DNA of 64,000 nucleotides, taken from the human T2T-CHM13v2.0 reference genome, Homo sapiens. Below are positions 43,174 through 56,704 of the stretch, in pieces. The notes under the pieces were generated by a model, which saw only the letters and a program-made list of their open reading frames with translations, did not search any database and was not told the DNA's origin. The position numbers were made by a program, and so were the translations under genes. Numbering within the stretch: the first letter of the stretch is position 1; each line of letters opens with the position of its first letter. The stretch lies in the NCBI RefSeq assembly GCF_009914755.1, contig NC_060931.1; one strand, given 5' to 3'.

Positions 43174-43829
43174 AATTTGTCCAGTCATCACATTCACAGA
43201 CGAGGCTACTGACATCATGTCTGAATTCTTCCAGCTCTTGTCGTCTGTATCAAGATCATTTGTAATGACAACCAATTATTTCAAATTTTGCTTCTCCAAA
43301 TAAGTCTAGTTACTTGAAGTCAAGAACTGTATTTTATATTGTATGTTTCCCATAACACCAGTGACTCTCTGAGTACTTAATAAATGTTCAGAAAATACTT
43401 TTGAATGAGTTAATTCACAGAGAGAAACTCACATATTCTAGGAACCTCCACAAGGAAATCATATTGTTTCTCCATGATCACTCTTATTAGAATTTCCATT
43501 TCCACAAAATTCCCTCAACAGAAAAACACCTGATTAACAAAAAGCAACAGTAATTGTTAACCTCGTTTTAATTATGAGTTTCACGTTTTATCCCCAAGGA
43601 TAAAGGAAAAAACTGGAGTGACGTTGGGAAGGACATGGTCTTCTTACCGTGAGCCCAGGGGCACAGGATCATAGCTCATCAGACTCTAGACCATCTAAAT
43701 TCATGCTAAGTCATAGTTCACATACTGAATGAATAGAGTAGGAATAGCAGTATCTAAGTTTCAGTGAGTCTTTCTTCCATGCCAGGCCTTACACAAATAA
43801 ACTTCGAGAGCGCTATGAAGAAAGCTCTA

Positions 43830-44171
43830 GGATTGTTCCTTGGTATCCTCGGGAGACTGGTTCCAGGAACCCCACTGCACCCACCCTTCTTCAATCAGAT
43901 ACCAGAGTCTGAGGATGCTCAAGTTCCTTGTGTGAAATGGCTTAGCATTTGCCTATTACCCGTGCTCATCCTCCGGGATACTTTAAATCATCTCTAAATC
44001 ACTTATAAATACCTAACACCATGCAAAGCCTATGTAAATAGTTGATATGCTGTATTTTTTATTTGTAATATTTTTTATGGTCACACTGTTATTTTTTTCT
44101 TTAATATTTTTGATCTGCATTTGGTGGGAGGGTCTAGAGATGTGGAATTTTTAGACACAGAGGGCCAACTC
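43830..44171. mobile_element. MER2 (Tigger-derived MITE)
   Basis: ggtatcc...tggttccagga...gatgctcaagttcct...tactttaaatcatctcta...gagggccaact. Confidence 0.85.
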
Positions 44172-45454
44172 TTTCCTTATCCTATTGCACAGCTGTGGAA
44201 ACTATTAAGTGGCCTTTCTGTGGACAAACAACCAGTAGGGAGCCTGCCTGAAGCTGCTAAGCACTTTCCTGCTGCATATGAGTTGCATTAATTTCTTGCC
44301 TATGAAATTAGGCTTGGGTCCATACTCAAGTTCTGGGTGCAGCATCCTGTAGATGTGTCTGCTCAATGCCCCAGGCTTGAACCATCTGTGCTGTAAAAGG
44401 TGTGTCTCATGGCACAGATTTAAGAGCCCAACAGACCTTGATTTAAGCCCTCTGTGAGCCATTCAGCTGCCTGGTGACCAAATCACAAACCTTGTCTGAC
44501 CCTCAGTTTCCTGGTCTGGATGATAAAACTTCAGGCACCTTTCTCAAAGAATTATTGCAAAGTTAAACAGAGCGCTTCTGTGGAAGCGCAGGCATATTAC
44601 AGTGGAACCATAAGAAATTGCCAACAGGTTCATTGTATATTAGCATGTGCATGTGAGATGTCCGGTGAAGGTCAACTTTCTTCTCCCATCCTGCTGGCTA
44701 TGCTGGATGAGATCTCAGATATGGTAAAGTCTCAGATGTCTGCGTGCCCAGCACAGAGAATTTACCATGGAAAAGGCGGGGGTATTTTTTGACTGGAAGG
44801 TCAGACCTATTCACCTCCAGGTATAGCATCTCCAGGGCCCCCCCAGCAAACAGGAGATAAAAGGGATGACTGCTCTCCTGGTCTGTGGGTTTCTCCCAAG
44901 AGAAACTTGACAGAGACTTCCTTGCTCCAAATCTTCCTCTTCGTGGCTCCTTGTTTCTGGTACTGATTCCCACCACCCTCCTAATTGCCATGGTGACCAG
45001 TCGGTTTGCTATTTAATTAATGTTGTATCTGATTACATCTGTACCCTGGGAGTTCTCCAGCCAAGAGTTGCAATTTAAACTCAGAAATAAATAAAACGTT
45101 CAGCTGTGAGGATGGGGGAATTATCCTAGTCAATCCCGGAATATTCTTCCGACCTTTCTTAGATGAAAAATTATCTGGTGGAAGTTGGAGTGAGGCAGTA
45201 GTACACAATGAAGAAGGAACAATATTCTGCTTTTGGAATATTTAAAAGGAAGCCTCAGACAGCAGCTAGGGGTCCTGCTTAGCGGATAGAGCTTTGGAAA
45301 GAGGAAATATTAGAAATTTGGTTGAGAATTTTCTATGAAGTTCAGTGCTAAGAGCAGAGACCACAACTTAGGCTTTGCAGCCAGCATTCCCTTCCATAAA
45401 CTTCAAACGTAAGCCTGATCAGAACAAGGCTAGCAGGAAGATGTGCTGGTGGGG

Positions 45455-46130
45455 ACAGGCTAGGTCCTGCTGTGGGTAGCAAAAAACAAACAAAAGCAAA
45501 CAGAACACTGCCTCTAATTTAAAACAGCAAAGTGTATTTCTCGTCGGAGATCACTCAAGCCCACTCTAGATCAGGGATGGGGAGGAGGTGAGGCTCTTTC
45601 CCTCACGGTCACTCAAGGTCCCAGGCTGCTGGGGCTGTCCTCTTAGGCATCGCAGCCACACTAGTGGAAAGGGGAGTGTTCCGGAGGGACACAAGCTGGG
45701 GAATAAATGCTTGGCCTGGGAATGACCCTGGCACTTCTACGCATGACTCATTGTCCAGAACACCTCATATGGTCCCACCAGGGTTCCAGGAAGTAGCACT
45801 GAGCCATTGTCCAGAAGAGGGGGAGGCCAGACATGTCTGGGAGGCAGGACTGAAGACCCCACATCTGGGCAGCTTTCTTGCCAACAGTGGGCCTCAAGTT
45901 TGGTGCCCAAAGCAGAAGAGGAATTGTCTAGAGGGATGTTGGGGAATCTCTCAGAATCAACAGGAAGATCAGAGTTGGGTTGAGAAAGCAGGCAGCCGTC
46001 CAGGGCAGCTGAGGGGACGCCAGGGGTCCATCTGGTTGGGACACTGCTGTGGGGGAATGGGAGTATGGGAGAGGCATTGTCTGCCCGGATCACAAATGAC
46101 GTTCTTGAATGAGCTGCAAATAGAAATGCC
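45455..46130. mobile_element. Old MLT1 (I/J/K-like) LTR fragments
   Basis: ggtcactcaaggtcccaggctg and ctcattgtccagaacacctcatatggtcccacc motifs. Confidence 0.5.
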
Positions 46131-49100
46131 ATGTCCCCCATGGAATCATCAATATGGCAACTTGGGAAGCGTATTCCAGGAAAAAGCTAGGGTGTGTAAC
46201 GTTTTATTGTTGCAAACTCTATCATTTCACACTTAAATGATAATCGCAAGGAGAGCCATCAGAACCATTAGTCATCATCTCTTCAATGCGATGGTTCGTA
46301 ATTGTCACATGCACCTTGCAATAAGGCACCTTGCAATAAGCTCCCTTCCTTCTTGGCATCTCCTTGGAGCCTGTGAAGTGATGAATGCAGTTCCCAATGC
46401 ACAGCCCTCAAACTGCATGGGAGAAACCCCAGTGTCCCAGAGGACAGTGGGGGCGGCTTCAGCGTGGCTGTGTGGCACTGAAACAGGTTAACCGCAAACC
46501 TCTAGTTCTCAGAACCAAAGCTGAATCCACATTTGATAATCCAGTAGAAGCTTTGTTAATATTTTAGGAAGGCTATTGAGTATTTTAATTCAACATGAAG
46601 AGGTGATCTAGCTGGTCTTGTGAAAAATCAGTAATAAATCTAAAGGGAGAATGTTCTCTAAAGGTACAGGAAGAATTCTCATTGGTCTTGAGAAATGTCC
46701 TTACAATTAATGACCTACTCCTGAGAGATCGTGACAAATATCTTAGGATGTTCAGTGACTATATTTTTCTATCTTTCAAATTATGCATTTCATTGTGAGA
46801 TTAGGACAAACACACTTTTACCTTTTTTTATAGCGCCCTAATGAAACTTATGTATTTGAGGTTGAGATATTTGACACCCTTGGGAACTCTAATTTCTTTT
46901 TTTTTTTTTTCCGTCTTCTTAAGTCACCTAAGGACATTAGACCATTTGCCCTATTATTGAGAGTTTTACTAAAATGCAAGCTGCAAATGCCAGAAGGAAG
47001 ATAGGCAACAAGACAATATGTACTTAAAAGAGTTTCATTTGATACTCAGAAGCTGGAACTAGACTTAGCTCTTTTGCTCACTAAACCTGTATTCTAACCT
47101 TTTTGGGCCTCAGTGTCTTTTTCTTGTTCTGGAAGCATCACTAGGGTGGACCAGATAATGCTAAACTCCTTTCCGTCTCTAACCCTTTTCATGTTTAATT
47201 ATCAGTGCCATAAGCACACAGCGTTGATGGTATGAAGTCTGTGTCCATGCCAGATAACTTCACAAGGAAATAGTTAACAATTCTCGGTTTTACTTAGTAA
47301 ACATACGGGAGCAATGCTCCTCAGTTGCAATGGTGGGGGCTGGGCACGTGGGTATCTCGGCCTTTTTGTCCCCTTCCTCTCCCCTTTCGTCACCCCCACA
47401 CACAGGACATTTGCGTACTGGGAGAACCTTTATTAGATGATTCTGATAAACCTTCTCCTTATCCCCACGTGAAACCTATCTGCCCTAAAGGAATCAGTCT
47501 TCTGTCTCCTTTACTCCCCATTTTTTTCTTTCTATAAAATTTGCATTATTGGCATAACTTTTCTCTTTACTATGGGTTATCTTTGGGAAGGTGTAAGGGA
47601 ATGCAAAGATAGCTCACCTCCACGTCAGAGCTCCCTGCACTTGCAGGCGTGGAGAGGACATACCCTTCGTCACTCGTTCTGTGCGTTAGGACCAGAGTGG
47701 AAGAGGATGCGAGGAGTCAGATTTCAGGTCAGTTGCTCTTCCCCAGCCTTCAAGCAATGGCAGAGGCTGTCCTGGGAAGGTCATGCTCTTCTGTCTGGGT
47801 TATCTGAAGTGATCATTGCACCGAGTGGGAGACTGGACATGCAGACCTATCATCTGCAGCCATACAAGCTCATGATTCTGGGCACCCTGAGTCAAGTCCC
47901 AGAGCCCAGGCAACCTGGCAGAACCCAGGAAGGGTGAAGCCTCTGCATGCTGGCCACTCAGGCCTACGATTAGCCCCTCCCCAGCACATCCGTGCATTCA
48001 GCGCAAGGCCAAGCTCCATCCAGTCGATGGAAATGGGCACCTGAGCCTCAGAAACACCCAAAGAAGAGAGCACCTTTCAGCTCTTCATGGAAGAAAGCGA
48101 GCCAGCCAGCACCTTCTTCTTTTTGCAGGAATAAATATGTCTGGCACCTGGATTATTTTATTTAAAAGGCCAGCTGTGTGGACACCATGCCTATAAAGTA
48201 TTGGGATTTTTAATGAATGTTAACCAAGGAAGAGCCCAGCTAGGATACTTCCTGTAGGTGTCACTTTGTGGAGGTCTTAGGTGCTATCCAACCCTAAGGA
48301 CAAGGCAGCCAGGCCAGCTGAAGGATTTCAGATCAGCTCTTTCTCTGCTCACCACCCTCATTATTATCCACTTCTTTTATGGGTCCACTCAGATGCTCAT
48401 GCTCACAGTCTTACCTCCCTTCTCTCCATCCAGAAAGGTGAAACCTCACCCACCGCCATGTGGCTCCCACATCCCAGTGTCCTGCATCTGTGTCTCCAGA
48501 AACATGGCAGAGATAGAAGAAATTTACATGTAGCAAAATTCATCTCTTCAAGAAGATATTCCAACACCTGACAGTGGCCCACACAGTCCTCATTTACTAG
48601 GGAATCCTATTTCGAGCCCCTTCTGGGCGCCCAGATTGGATGAGTCACTATGGATTGCAGTGCCCCACCCAACGGGGTACCTGAAAAAGAGGAAGAAAGG
48701 GAGGCAGGGAGGGAAGGAGATGAAGGAGGTCCAAGACAGGGACCCTTCCCTTGAGGAACTGATACACAGTCAGTCCGATGGAGGCCAAGACCACCTGCAG
48801 GAAGCAGCTCCTTCCTTCCATTATTCGAGTGGGATTCATGCATTTATTCTGCACCGAAGCCCTCTACCAGGTCCTCCAAGGGAGACAGAGATGCTTTAAG
48901 ATCTGGACCTGCCTTCACAAAGTGTATATCCTGCAAGATGGTATTGAACCACATCCTAATTACATGGCACAAATCTTTCACACATTTAGACACTTTTGGC
49001 AGAATGGTATCTTCTGATTTAAAACTGCAGAAACATGAAAATTAGAAAACCAAACAACCATTAATGCATTAACTCAAGAGTTCATTCCTAAAATCCAAAT

Positions 49101-50244
49101 TTCCTTCTCTGGAGATAGGACCAGATCATAGCTCCCAATCTTTTCTCCAGTTTTTGTTTTACGACATTTCGGATTTGAGATTCTGTAAGAAGTGACCTAA
49201 TGTGAGCATTTCCTGATATGGAGGAGACGCAAAATAGCTCAGGGAAAAAGTTGATCATTAGAAAAATCTGTGGTTGTCCCACTGTCTCATCGTGCCACTG
49301 GGAGTTTCTGGCCTCCGCTGGCATCTCTGATGAATGTTCTATGCCAGGACAAAGAAGGCGGGCATGGGCCAGGCAGTCCCTCCAGTCAGGGAACGGTGGC
49401 CTCTCCCAGCTGCCTTGGTGTTTAGGAGGCCCTGTAAGGGTATTTGGGATCTCAAGAGCCTCTGGGACTTACGGGCAAAGGGCAGACCTTAAGAGCCAGT
49501 CCCTCCTCCCCCAAAATGTTTAGCAAGCCAGAAATTCCCCTTTACTGCTAAGTCAAAGGAAGATGTTCTTTGACTCTTCAGGGAGCATAACGTACCATCC
49601 TTTGATGGTCATACACATTAAAAGAAGATAAAGCCAGAAATAAAAGGGAAAGAAACAGTTATATGATTTTGGTGGGAATTTGCAGAAATACAGGCTGAAG
49701 CTGAAGTCTTCCATCAGGTGAGGTTTTTTCCATTGATCTCATCTCTCGGGCTCAGCTCTTTTATCTCCAGCGCATTTTGGATGTGGCTTCTCTTTCCACC
49801 TGCTGGGCCTTTAGATAGAGTACTTCCTTTTGTTTCAAGGTAGCATTTAACTGAGTCTGGAAAAACCATCATTAAGGGAAAATAAAGCTGAAAGATGAAT
49901 TGAAAACTATGTAAAAGGGCCCTTTCAGGCTGCCGGAGAGATTGCCTTTCCAGCCTAATGAGCCTGTGCTGCCTCTGATTCAGATGGTGCAAGGACAGGA
50001 GAAAAGAATGGAGTTTTGTGCACTGCGATTTTCCAAAGCACATAATGCTTAGTCATTTGGGGTGTTAGGAAAGAGAGAAAGTCGGAGCGGAGTGTGTGGT
50101 GAAGTGAGAGAAAGAAAGAAGGCTGAATTTTCGTTAAGCTGCTCAAATGCCTGCTTTAACAAAAGTCTGCCAGGGCTAGAGGTGATTAGCCATCAGTGCT
50201 GCTGCTGTTTTTGCTGTCGTTTTTGCTGTTGCTGAAGTTTAAAG

Positions 50245-50580
50245 GTCCTGTGCCCCTTGGTATATACGCAGGGGATTGGTTCCAGGACCCCTGCATTACC
50301 AAAATTCAAACATACTCCAGTCCCAGTCAGCCCTGAGGACCCAGGTATATGAAGGGGTATATACGCAGGGGATTGGTTCCAGGACCCCTGAGTTACCAAA
50401 ATTCAAACATACTCCAGTCCCAGTCAGCCCTGAGGACCCAGGTATATGAAAAGTCAGTCCTCCATATACAGGGATTTCACATCCCTCAAATACTGTACTT
50501 TCCATATGTATTTGGTTGAAAAAATCTGCACATAAGTCGACCCACGCAGTTCAAACCTATATTGTTCAAGGGTCTGCTGT
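50245..50580. mobile_element. MER8 (Tigger-derived MITE) with an internal tandem duplication (period 97)
   Basis: ggggattggttccaggacccc...gcagttcaaacc..tgttcaagggtc; 50259-50353 repeated at 50356-50450. Confidence 0.88.
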
Positions 50581-51002
50581 CCCGTCCTTATGTGGGATGG
50601 TGACAAGCGGCCCTGTGTCCCATGGCGTGCAGCTGAGCGGCCTTGGTGCAGAGGTGGATTTGCAGCCAGTTGTCCACACATCCTGGATCCTCCCGGTGCG
50701 TCCTGTGTAATGGGTTAACTGGACCTGCCTAAGCCTGGGCCTCCCACCCCTCAAAAGCAGCTTCTCCAAGCTTTCCTACTTAAATTTCTCCAGCCACAGA
50801 GAGAAGCATTTATTGTCTCTCACCACACCCGCCCCCCAGTATAGAAGAAAGGAAGACTGGGGAATTGATCTCTCAGAGCACTTGGAGAAGCCACACGTCA
50901 GCAGCCAGTAAAGCTAGAATGAAAATCTGAGCGATCAAGGCAATGGAATAGAAAGTCAAAACCCAAACTTCATCTCTTCCCCACTAAAGGAACGGGAAGG
51001 GA

Positions 51003-51021
51003 CACTGCCACCTGGCGGCCA
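51003..51021 (-). promoter_or_regulatory. Candidate CTCF site
   Basis: Reverse complement TGGCCGCCAGGTGGCAGTG closely matches the CTCF core (tggCCasyAGrkGGCrs). Confidence 0.6.
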
Positions 51022-52116
51022 GCCGAGGCATGTTCGGGGAGCCGATCCTCCTCCCTGGGCCCCCCACGGTGTTGATTTGTGGGAATTTGCAGATCTCTGA
51101 TGATAATGAGGGGATTCGCAGTGTGTGATATGCAAATAACACAGCTCTGATTAGTGAAGGAGGCTGCGAGCCTTGCAAGGTAAAAGCTCCATTTGCCTTC
51201 TGGCTTGATGTTCGCTGATTTCTTTTTTAACCCCCCATTTAATTCTGCTCTCGGCACCTTGGATAAAATATTTAGTGGCAGGAAAAAGGCAACAGATGCA
51301 AGCAGGAATAAATAAGATTTTCTGTATTTAGAATGAGGCCACGTATTTCGGAGCACAGATCTATCAGGCATGTTATTTATGTCTTTTGCAATTTCCCGGG
51401 ACCCAGATTTCTCAGGGTGCTTTGATTTTTCTCAAATATCTACAGCAGTAGGGGTCCAGGGAGCCCAGGGAGCACAGCCAGGCACTCACTCACAGTCAGA
51501 ATCCAGGGGGCTGTGTTATTTAGGATGATCCGAAACGCGACCTTGCTGCCTGCATTCTGTTTTGATATGTATCTTGCCTCATTAAAAGATGACAATCTGC
51601 AATACTGATATTACTCAGGCAGATGGATTTCCCAAATGCTGGGCTATAGCCTGGGCTGCCAGACTGCATGAGGTTTAACATGGAAAATTAACTGCAGTCT
51701 TGTTCTCTGGTCTGCCAGGTCCAGCAGTGTAGTGGAAGGAGCAAAGGAGCAGGAATCAGGAGACTCACCAGGATCTGCCCTCTCCTGTCCTGTGATCCTG
51801 AGAAAATGGCTTGGTCTCCTCATCCTGGAGGTCTCCATAGTGGAGTGGGCTCAACATCACACCTGGAGTCAAGTCAAGGCTCCGCACGTCCCAGTGACCT
51901 AGAGCCAGTTGTCAACATCTCTGAGCCTCAAAATTCTCCTTTATAACAAATAATGTAAGCAGATCCACAGTCACTAGGAAGATTACAATAGAATTGCCAG
52001 AGTATCTAGCATTCAGTAAATATTTATTAACTAGATAGAAAAAAAATGTACCAGGCTTAGTAACACCCGGCCTTCCCATCTCATTAGAGGCTAGAATGCT
52101 CAATGGACACAGGGTG

Positions 52117-52580
52117 TGTCTTAGTCTGTTTTGTGTTGCCATAAAGGAATACCTGAAACTGGGCAATTTATAAAAAGAAGAGTTTATTTGCCTCAGGGTT
52201 CTATAGCCTGTGCAAGACACATGCACCAGCACCTGCTTAGCTTCTGGTGAGGCCTCAGGCTGCTTCTACTCATGGCAGAAGATGAAGTGGAGCTGGTTGT
52301 ACAGAGATCACATAGTGAGAGAGAAAGCAACAGGGTGTTTAGGAGGTGCCAGGCTCTTTTATAACAGCCCGCCCTCACAGGAGTGAAATCAAGCGAGAAC
52401 TCACTCACCCTTGGGGGAGGCCATTAACCTTTTCATGAAAAATCCACCCCCATGACCCACACACCTCCCACTAGACCCCACCTCCCATGACCCACACACC
52501 TCCCACTAGACCCCACCTCCAACATTGGGGATCAAATTTCAACACGAAGTTTGGAGGGGACAGGAAGCCAGGCCATAGCA
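52117..52580 (-). mobile_element. MSTB-type solo LTR with a 35-bp internal duplication
   Basis: tgtcttagtctgttttgtgttgccataaaggaatacctga...ccatagca; TSD gggtg/gggca. Confidence 0.88.
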
Positions 52581-53974
52581 GGGCATATAGCATTGGCATC
52601 AAAGCTAGGGTGTTGATTGGTTATGAATATTGTTGGTCCTGCCTCATTTATCAAGGAAAGAAGAAAAAAGAAGACTGTAGAAAGACTAAGTTCAGGGTAT
52701 ACATGAGTCTTCAAGAGAAGCCAGACAACATTCCAGGATTTCAGAAAGGGGACATGGCTGAGCTGGGTCTTCTCTTTGTGGGGAGACATGTCATTGGGCC
52801 TCTGAGTTCCAAAGACACAACCTGGAAAAAGCACAAAAAGACTGTCTACTTAGAAGATTTAGGATTTCCCGCATAGTCCCCAGGGCCTCCTCTGATCCTT
52901 TGACCAAGATATGAAAGCCCTGCCATATAAGAAGAGGGGAGCTCCATGCTGAGGTTAGGACACAGCACTGATATGATGCCGGCCTTCCTTGGTCTATTTG
53001 ACACCTAATGAGGTGGGGACTTGTTGACAAAGTCCTTCCATCGTGAGGTCTGCACCCCTCACCCCCAGCTTGATTGTACCATTCTGTTTTGGAAATCCCC
53101 ACCAGAAGTACCAGCAAATGCTTCTTAAGCTTCTAGAAATTTCTATCTGGGATTATTTTGTTCATAGAGCAATTCTGGCAGCCAGAGTTACTTCTGCATC
53201 TTTGCTTTGGACCACAATCACCCAAAAAGCATTAGGAGAAAAGAGATCACAGCAATGGTTCACTCAATTTTCAACTTCCCTATGCTGTTTAGATTTTGGC
53301 AAAAGAGTATTCACTGTGACTGCTGCTTTTCACTATAAAAAGAAGCTGAGATTTCCTGCCAACTATTTCACAAAAACAAACAGAAGATTCATTGAGAGAA
53401 CCAAGGAAGCATCTGATCCTACAACACACGACCAAAATATACTGTCTGTATCTTGGAAATGAACTCCCTAAGAGGATAGAAAATAAGTCGTTCAAGCTCT
53501 TCTCTAACTCAAGTATAAGCACCCTATAACTGGAATTATGTCTTTTACCTCCTGCTTATTCCCAGGGCTGAGGGGACCATTCGTAGCTGATAATATCAGT
53601 TACAATCATGCAGGATCATCCAGGAATAAAAACATTGGAGGAAGGCAGCAGGAAAGGGAAAGAAAATCCTGGTTTTCAGAAAATAACATGGAGACCTCAT
53701 GAGCTCACTCTGAGTAATCACCCTTCAGCAGTAGCATCTCCCTATCCAGTCTGCTCCGTTTAAGGGAAGAGTTCATCTCACCACAGTGTTTCATTGAAGA
53801 GCTGGTTTTTAATTGGCCCTGTACCACTTAATTTATTTTCATTTGCATTCCAATGCTGTCTGCCTTGTACTGCTTTACTTCAAAGCTGGATCTAAAAAAC
53901 ATAGGCTCTTAGAAGGTTGCAAACCTGCAATTGTACAGAGGCTCTGAGAAGCGAAATGATTTGCCCAGTGAAAT

Positions 53975-54215
53975 GGGGTAGTGTGGAAACTGAGAGAGCT
54001 CTGAAGTCTAACACCCCTGGCTTCACAATTCTACCTCCACCATTTACTGGTTGTATGAACTCAAGCAAATTGATTCACCTGTCAGACCTCAGTTTCCTCC
54101 TCTGTAAGATGGAACTAGCAGCATCGACCTTGTGGGGTCATTGTGCGAATCGCCATACTGTGTTAGTCTAGCATTGCTAGTCACTTACTAGGCACTCGCG
54201 AAGTGTAGCTGACTC
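53975..54215 (+). mobile_element. MIR
   Basis: cctcagtttcctcctctgtaagatgg MIR core. Confidence 0.75.
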
Positions 54216-55565
54216 CTAGTGTTGTTGCTCTTAGAAAACACCCATATGTTAGAAAAAAAAAATAGAACACTTTTTCTGCCTCTGAATAAGTGCCTAAGAT
54301 CCTCTACCACTTCTTGCTATGACCACCCACCCAGAGTAAGGAAGACAGCTGCTCCCCCAGCCTCAGCAATGCGGAGACGGTGTCCAATTCTCCACTGACA
54401 CCCTAGTTTTTTCTGTACGGTGCATGGGAAAATGTATAATAAAAAGCAAAGTGCGTCACAAATGATAGGTAGTCCTCACGTTATTAGTAGTAATAGTTGC
54501 TATATTGAGTGCTGTGGGTCCAGGCAGATTGGTTTATAGTCACTGAGATATGTTGATCTAATAATAATGAGAATGAATAGATAAAGGGGTACAAGCTGTC
54601 AGCTGACAATAATGTCTGAATAACATCAGTTTGGTTTGCTTACGTAATGGGTCTTACATGAAGAGGAGACACTCGGAACTCAACACCTGAACTCCTCCCG
54701 CTTCCGGCAAGGAGAGAGGCAGAAGGCGCCCACGTGGTGGACAGCAGCCCGTGTAGAGGGGCCACAGAAAAGGGTGATGGGCATCCTCTCTGCACAGGGC
54801 AGAGCTGCAGGGTGTTGGGAGTCGGCTTGCTCCTCTCCACCTCCTCCCTTCTGCCATGTTCCCACCTGTCTCAGTCAGTCTGCAGTAACAGCTATAGAAT
54901 GTCTTCATTTGGAACTTGGAGAATTTGCACAAAGGGAAGCAGACTGGACAAAGAGCTCAGATCGGGGGTCTCCGGGTCTGGGCACAGCCGTTACCCTTCC
55001 CCTCCCATCCTCCGTTCTCTCCTGCCGCCACCCACACTGTGCTCCTGGTGAGCTAGAGCCAGAGCGAAGTGGAACCCAGAGCACTGTTTGCCAACACCCG
55101 CGGCACTAGACAACGCCAAGAGAATGGCTTAGTAATAATGAGATAATAACTTAATGAAAAACCCCTGCGAGCCCTGCGGGGCGGGGAGGGAGACCTGGTG
55201 TGTGGTGCTGGACGCTTCCTGAGCACCTCCCTGCACAGCCTGCCTCTGGAGTTTCTCGCGCATGGCGGTAAGCAGGGCCAGGCCTCACTCTTTCCCCTTC
55301 ACAGTGGAGGGTGTGAGCAGGGCTTCGATGCCTTTTGCTCACGGTGTCCAGCAGTGGATGCGCTGGTTGGAACGGACGTGCCTATAACCATGACTCCCAC
55401 CGAGGCCTTGTCCTGCAAGCCCAGTTCCCATCAACAGCTCATTCTAGGGAGGGTGGAGGCCCAGTACCGCAGGCTTGCTGCATTTGGGTATTTCCAGGTG
55501 GCTCAAGTCAAACTTAAGAGCGCGACCCATTCGGAAAATCAAGTGAATAAAGCAGGATGGCATGG

Positions 55566-56704
55566 AAAGGGATGGGGGCTTTACTGAGAGAGGGTGAGGG
55601 AGGATAGGACGGGACAGGAGAGAGAGGGATGGAGGCTTTACTGAGAGAGGGTGAGGGAGCATAGGATGGGAAAGAGAGGGATGGAGGCTTTACTGAGAGA
55701 GGGTGAGAGAGCATAGGACCGGAAAGAGAAGGATGGCGGCTTTACTGAGAGAGGGTGAGGGAGCATAGGACAGGAGGGAGAGGGATGGCGGCTTTACTGA
55801 GAGAGGGTGAGAGAGCATAGGACGGGAGAGAGAGGGATGGAGGCTTTACTGAGAGAGGGTGAGGGAGCATAGGACGGGAGGGAGAGGGATGGCGGCTTTA
55901 CTGAGAGAGTGTGAGGGAGCATAGGATGGGAGAGAGAGGGATGGAGGCTTTACTGAGAGAGGGTGAGAGCATAGGACGGGAGAGAGAGGGATGGAGGCTT
56001 TACTGAGAGAGGGTGAGGGAGCATAGGACGGGAAAGAGGGATGGAGGCTTTACTGTGAGAGTGTGAGGGAGCATAGGACAGGAGGGAGAGGGATGGCGGC
56101 TTTACTGAGAGAGGGTGAGAGAGCATAGGACGGGAGAGAGAGGGATGGAGGCTTTACTGAGAGAGGGTGAGGGAGCATAGGACAGGAGGGAGAGGGATGG
56201 CGGCTTTACTGAGAGAGGGTGAGAGAGCATAGGACGGGAGAGAGAGGGATGGAGGCTTTACTGAGAGATGGTCAGGGAGCATAGGACGGGAGAGAGAGGG
56301 ATGGAGGCTTTACTGTGAGAGTGTGAGGAAGCATAGGACGGGAAAGAGAGGGATGGGGCATTACTGAGAGAGGGTGAGAGAGCATAGGATGGGAAAGAGA
56401 GGGATGGAGGCTTTACTGAGCGAGGGTGAGAGAGCATAGGACGGGAGAGAGAGGGATGGAGGCTTTACTGTGAGAGTGTGAGGAAGCATAGGACGGGAAA
56501 GAGAGGGATGGGGCATTACTGAGAGAGGGTGAGAGAGCATAGGATGGGAAAGAGAGGGATGGAGGCTTTACTGAGCGAGGGTGAGAGAGCATAGGACGGG
56601 AAAGAGAGGGATGGAGGCTTTACTGAGAGAGGGTGAGAGAGCATAGGACGGGAAAGAGAGGGATGGAGGCTTTACTGTGAGAGTGTGAGGAAGCATAGGA
56701 CGGA
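55566..56704 (+). repeat. Purine-rich VNTR, unit about 51-53 bp, 22 copies
   Basis: Consensus gagagggatggaggctttactgagagagggtgagggagcataggacggga(ga); 22 ttactg cores counted. Confidence 0.97.

Noticed and set aside
45664-46236. 190-aa ORF
   Set aside because: GTG start, overlaps decayed MLT1 fragments, no protein-family signal
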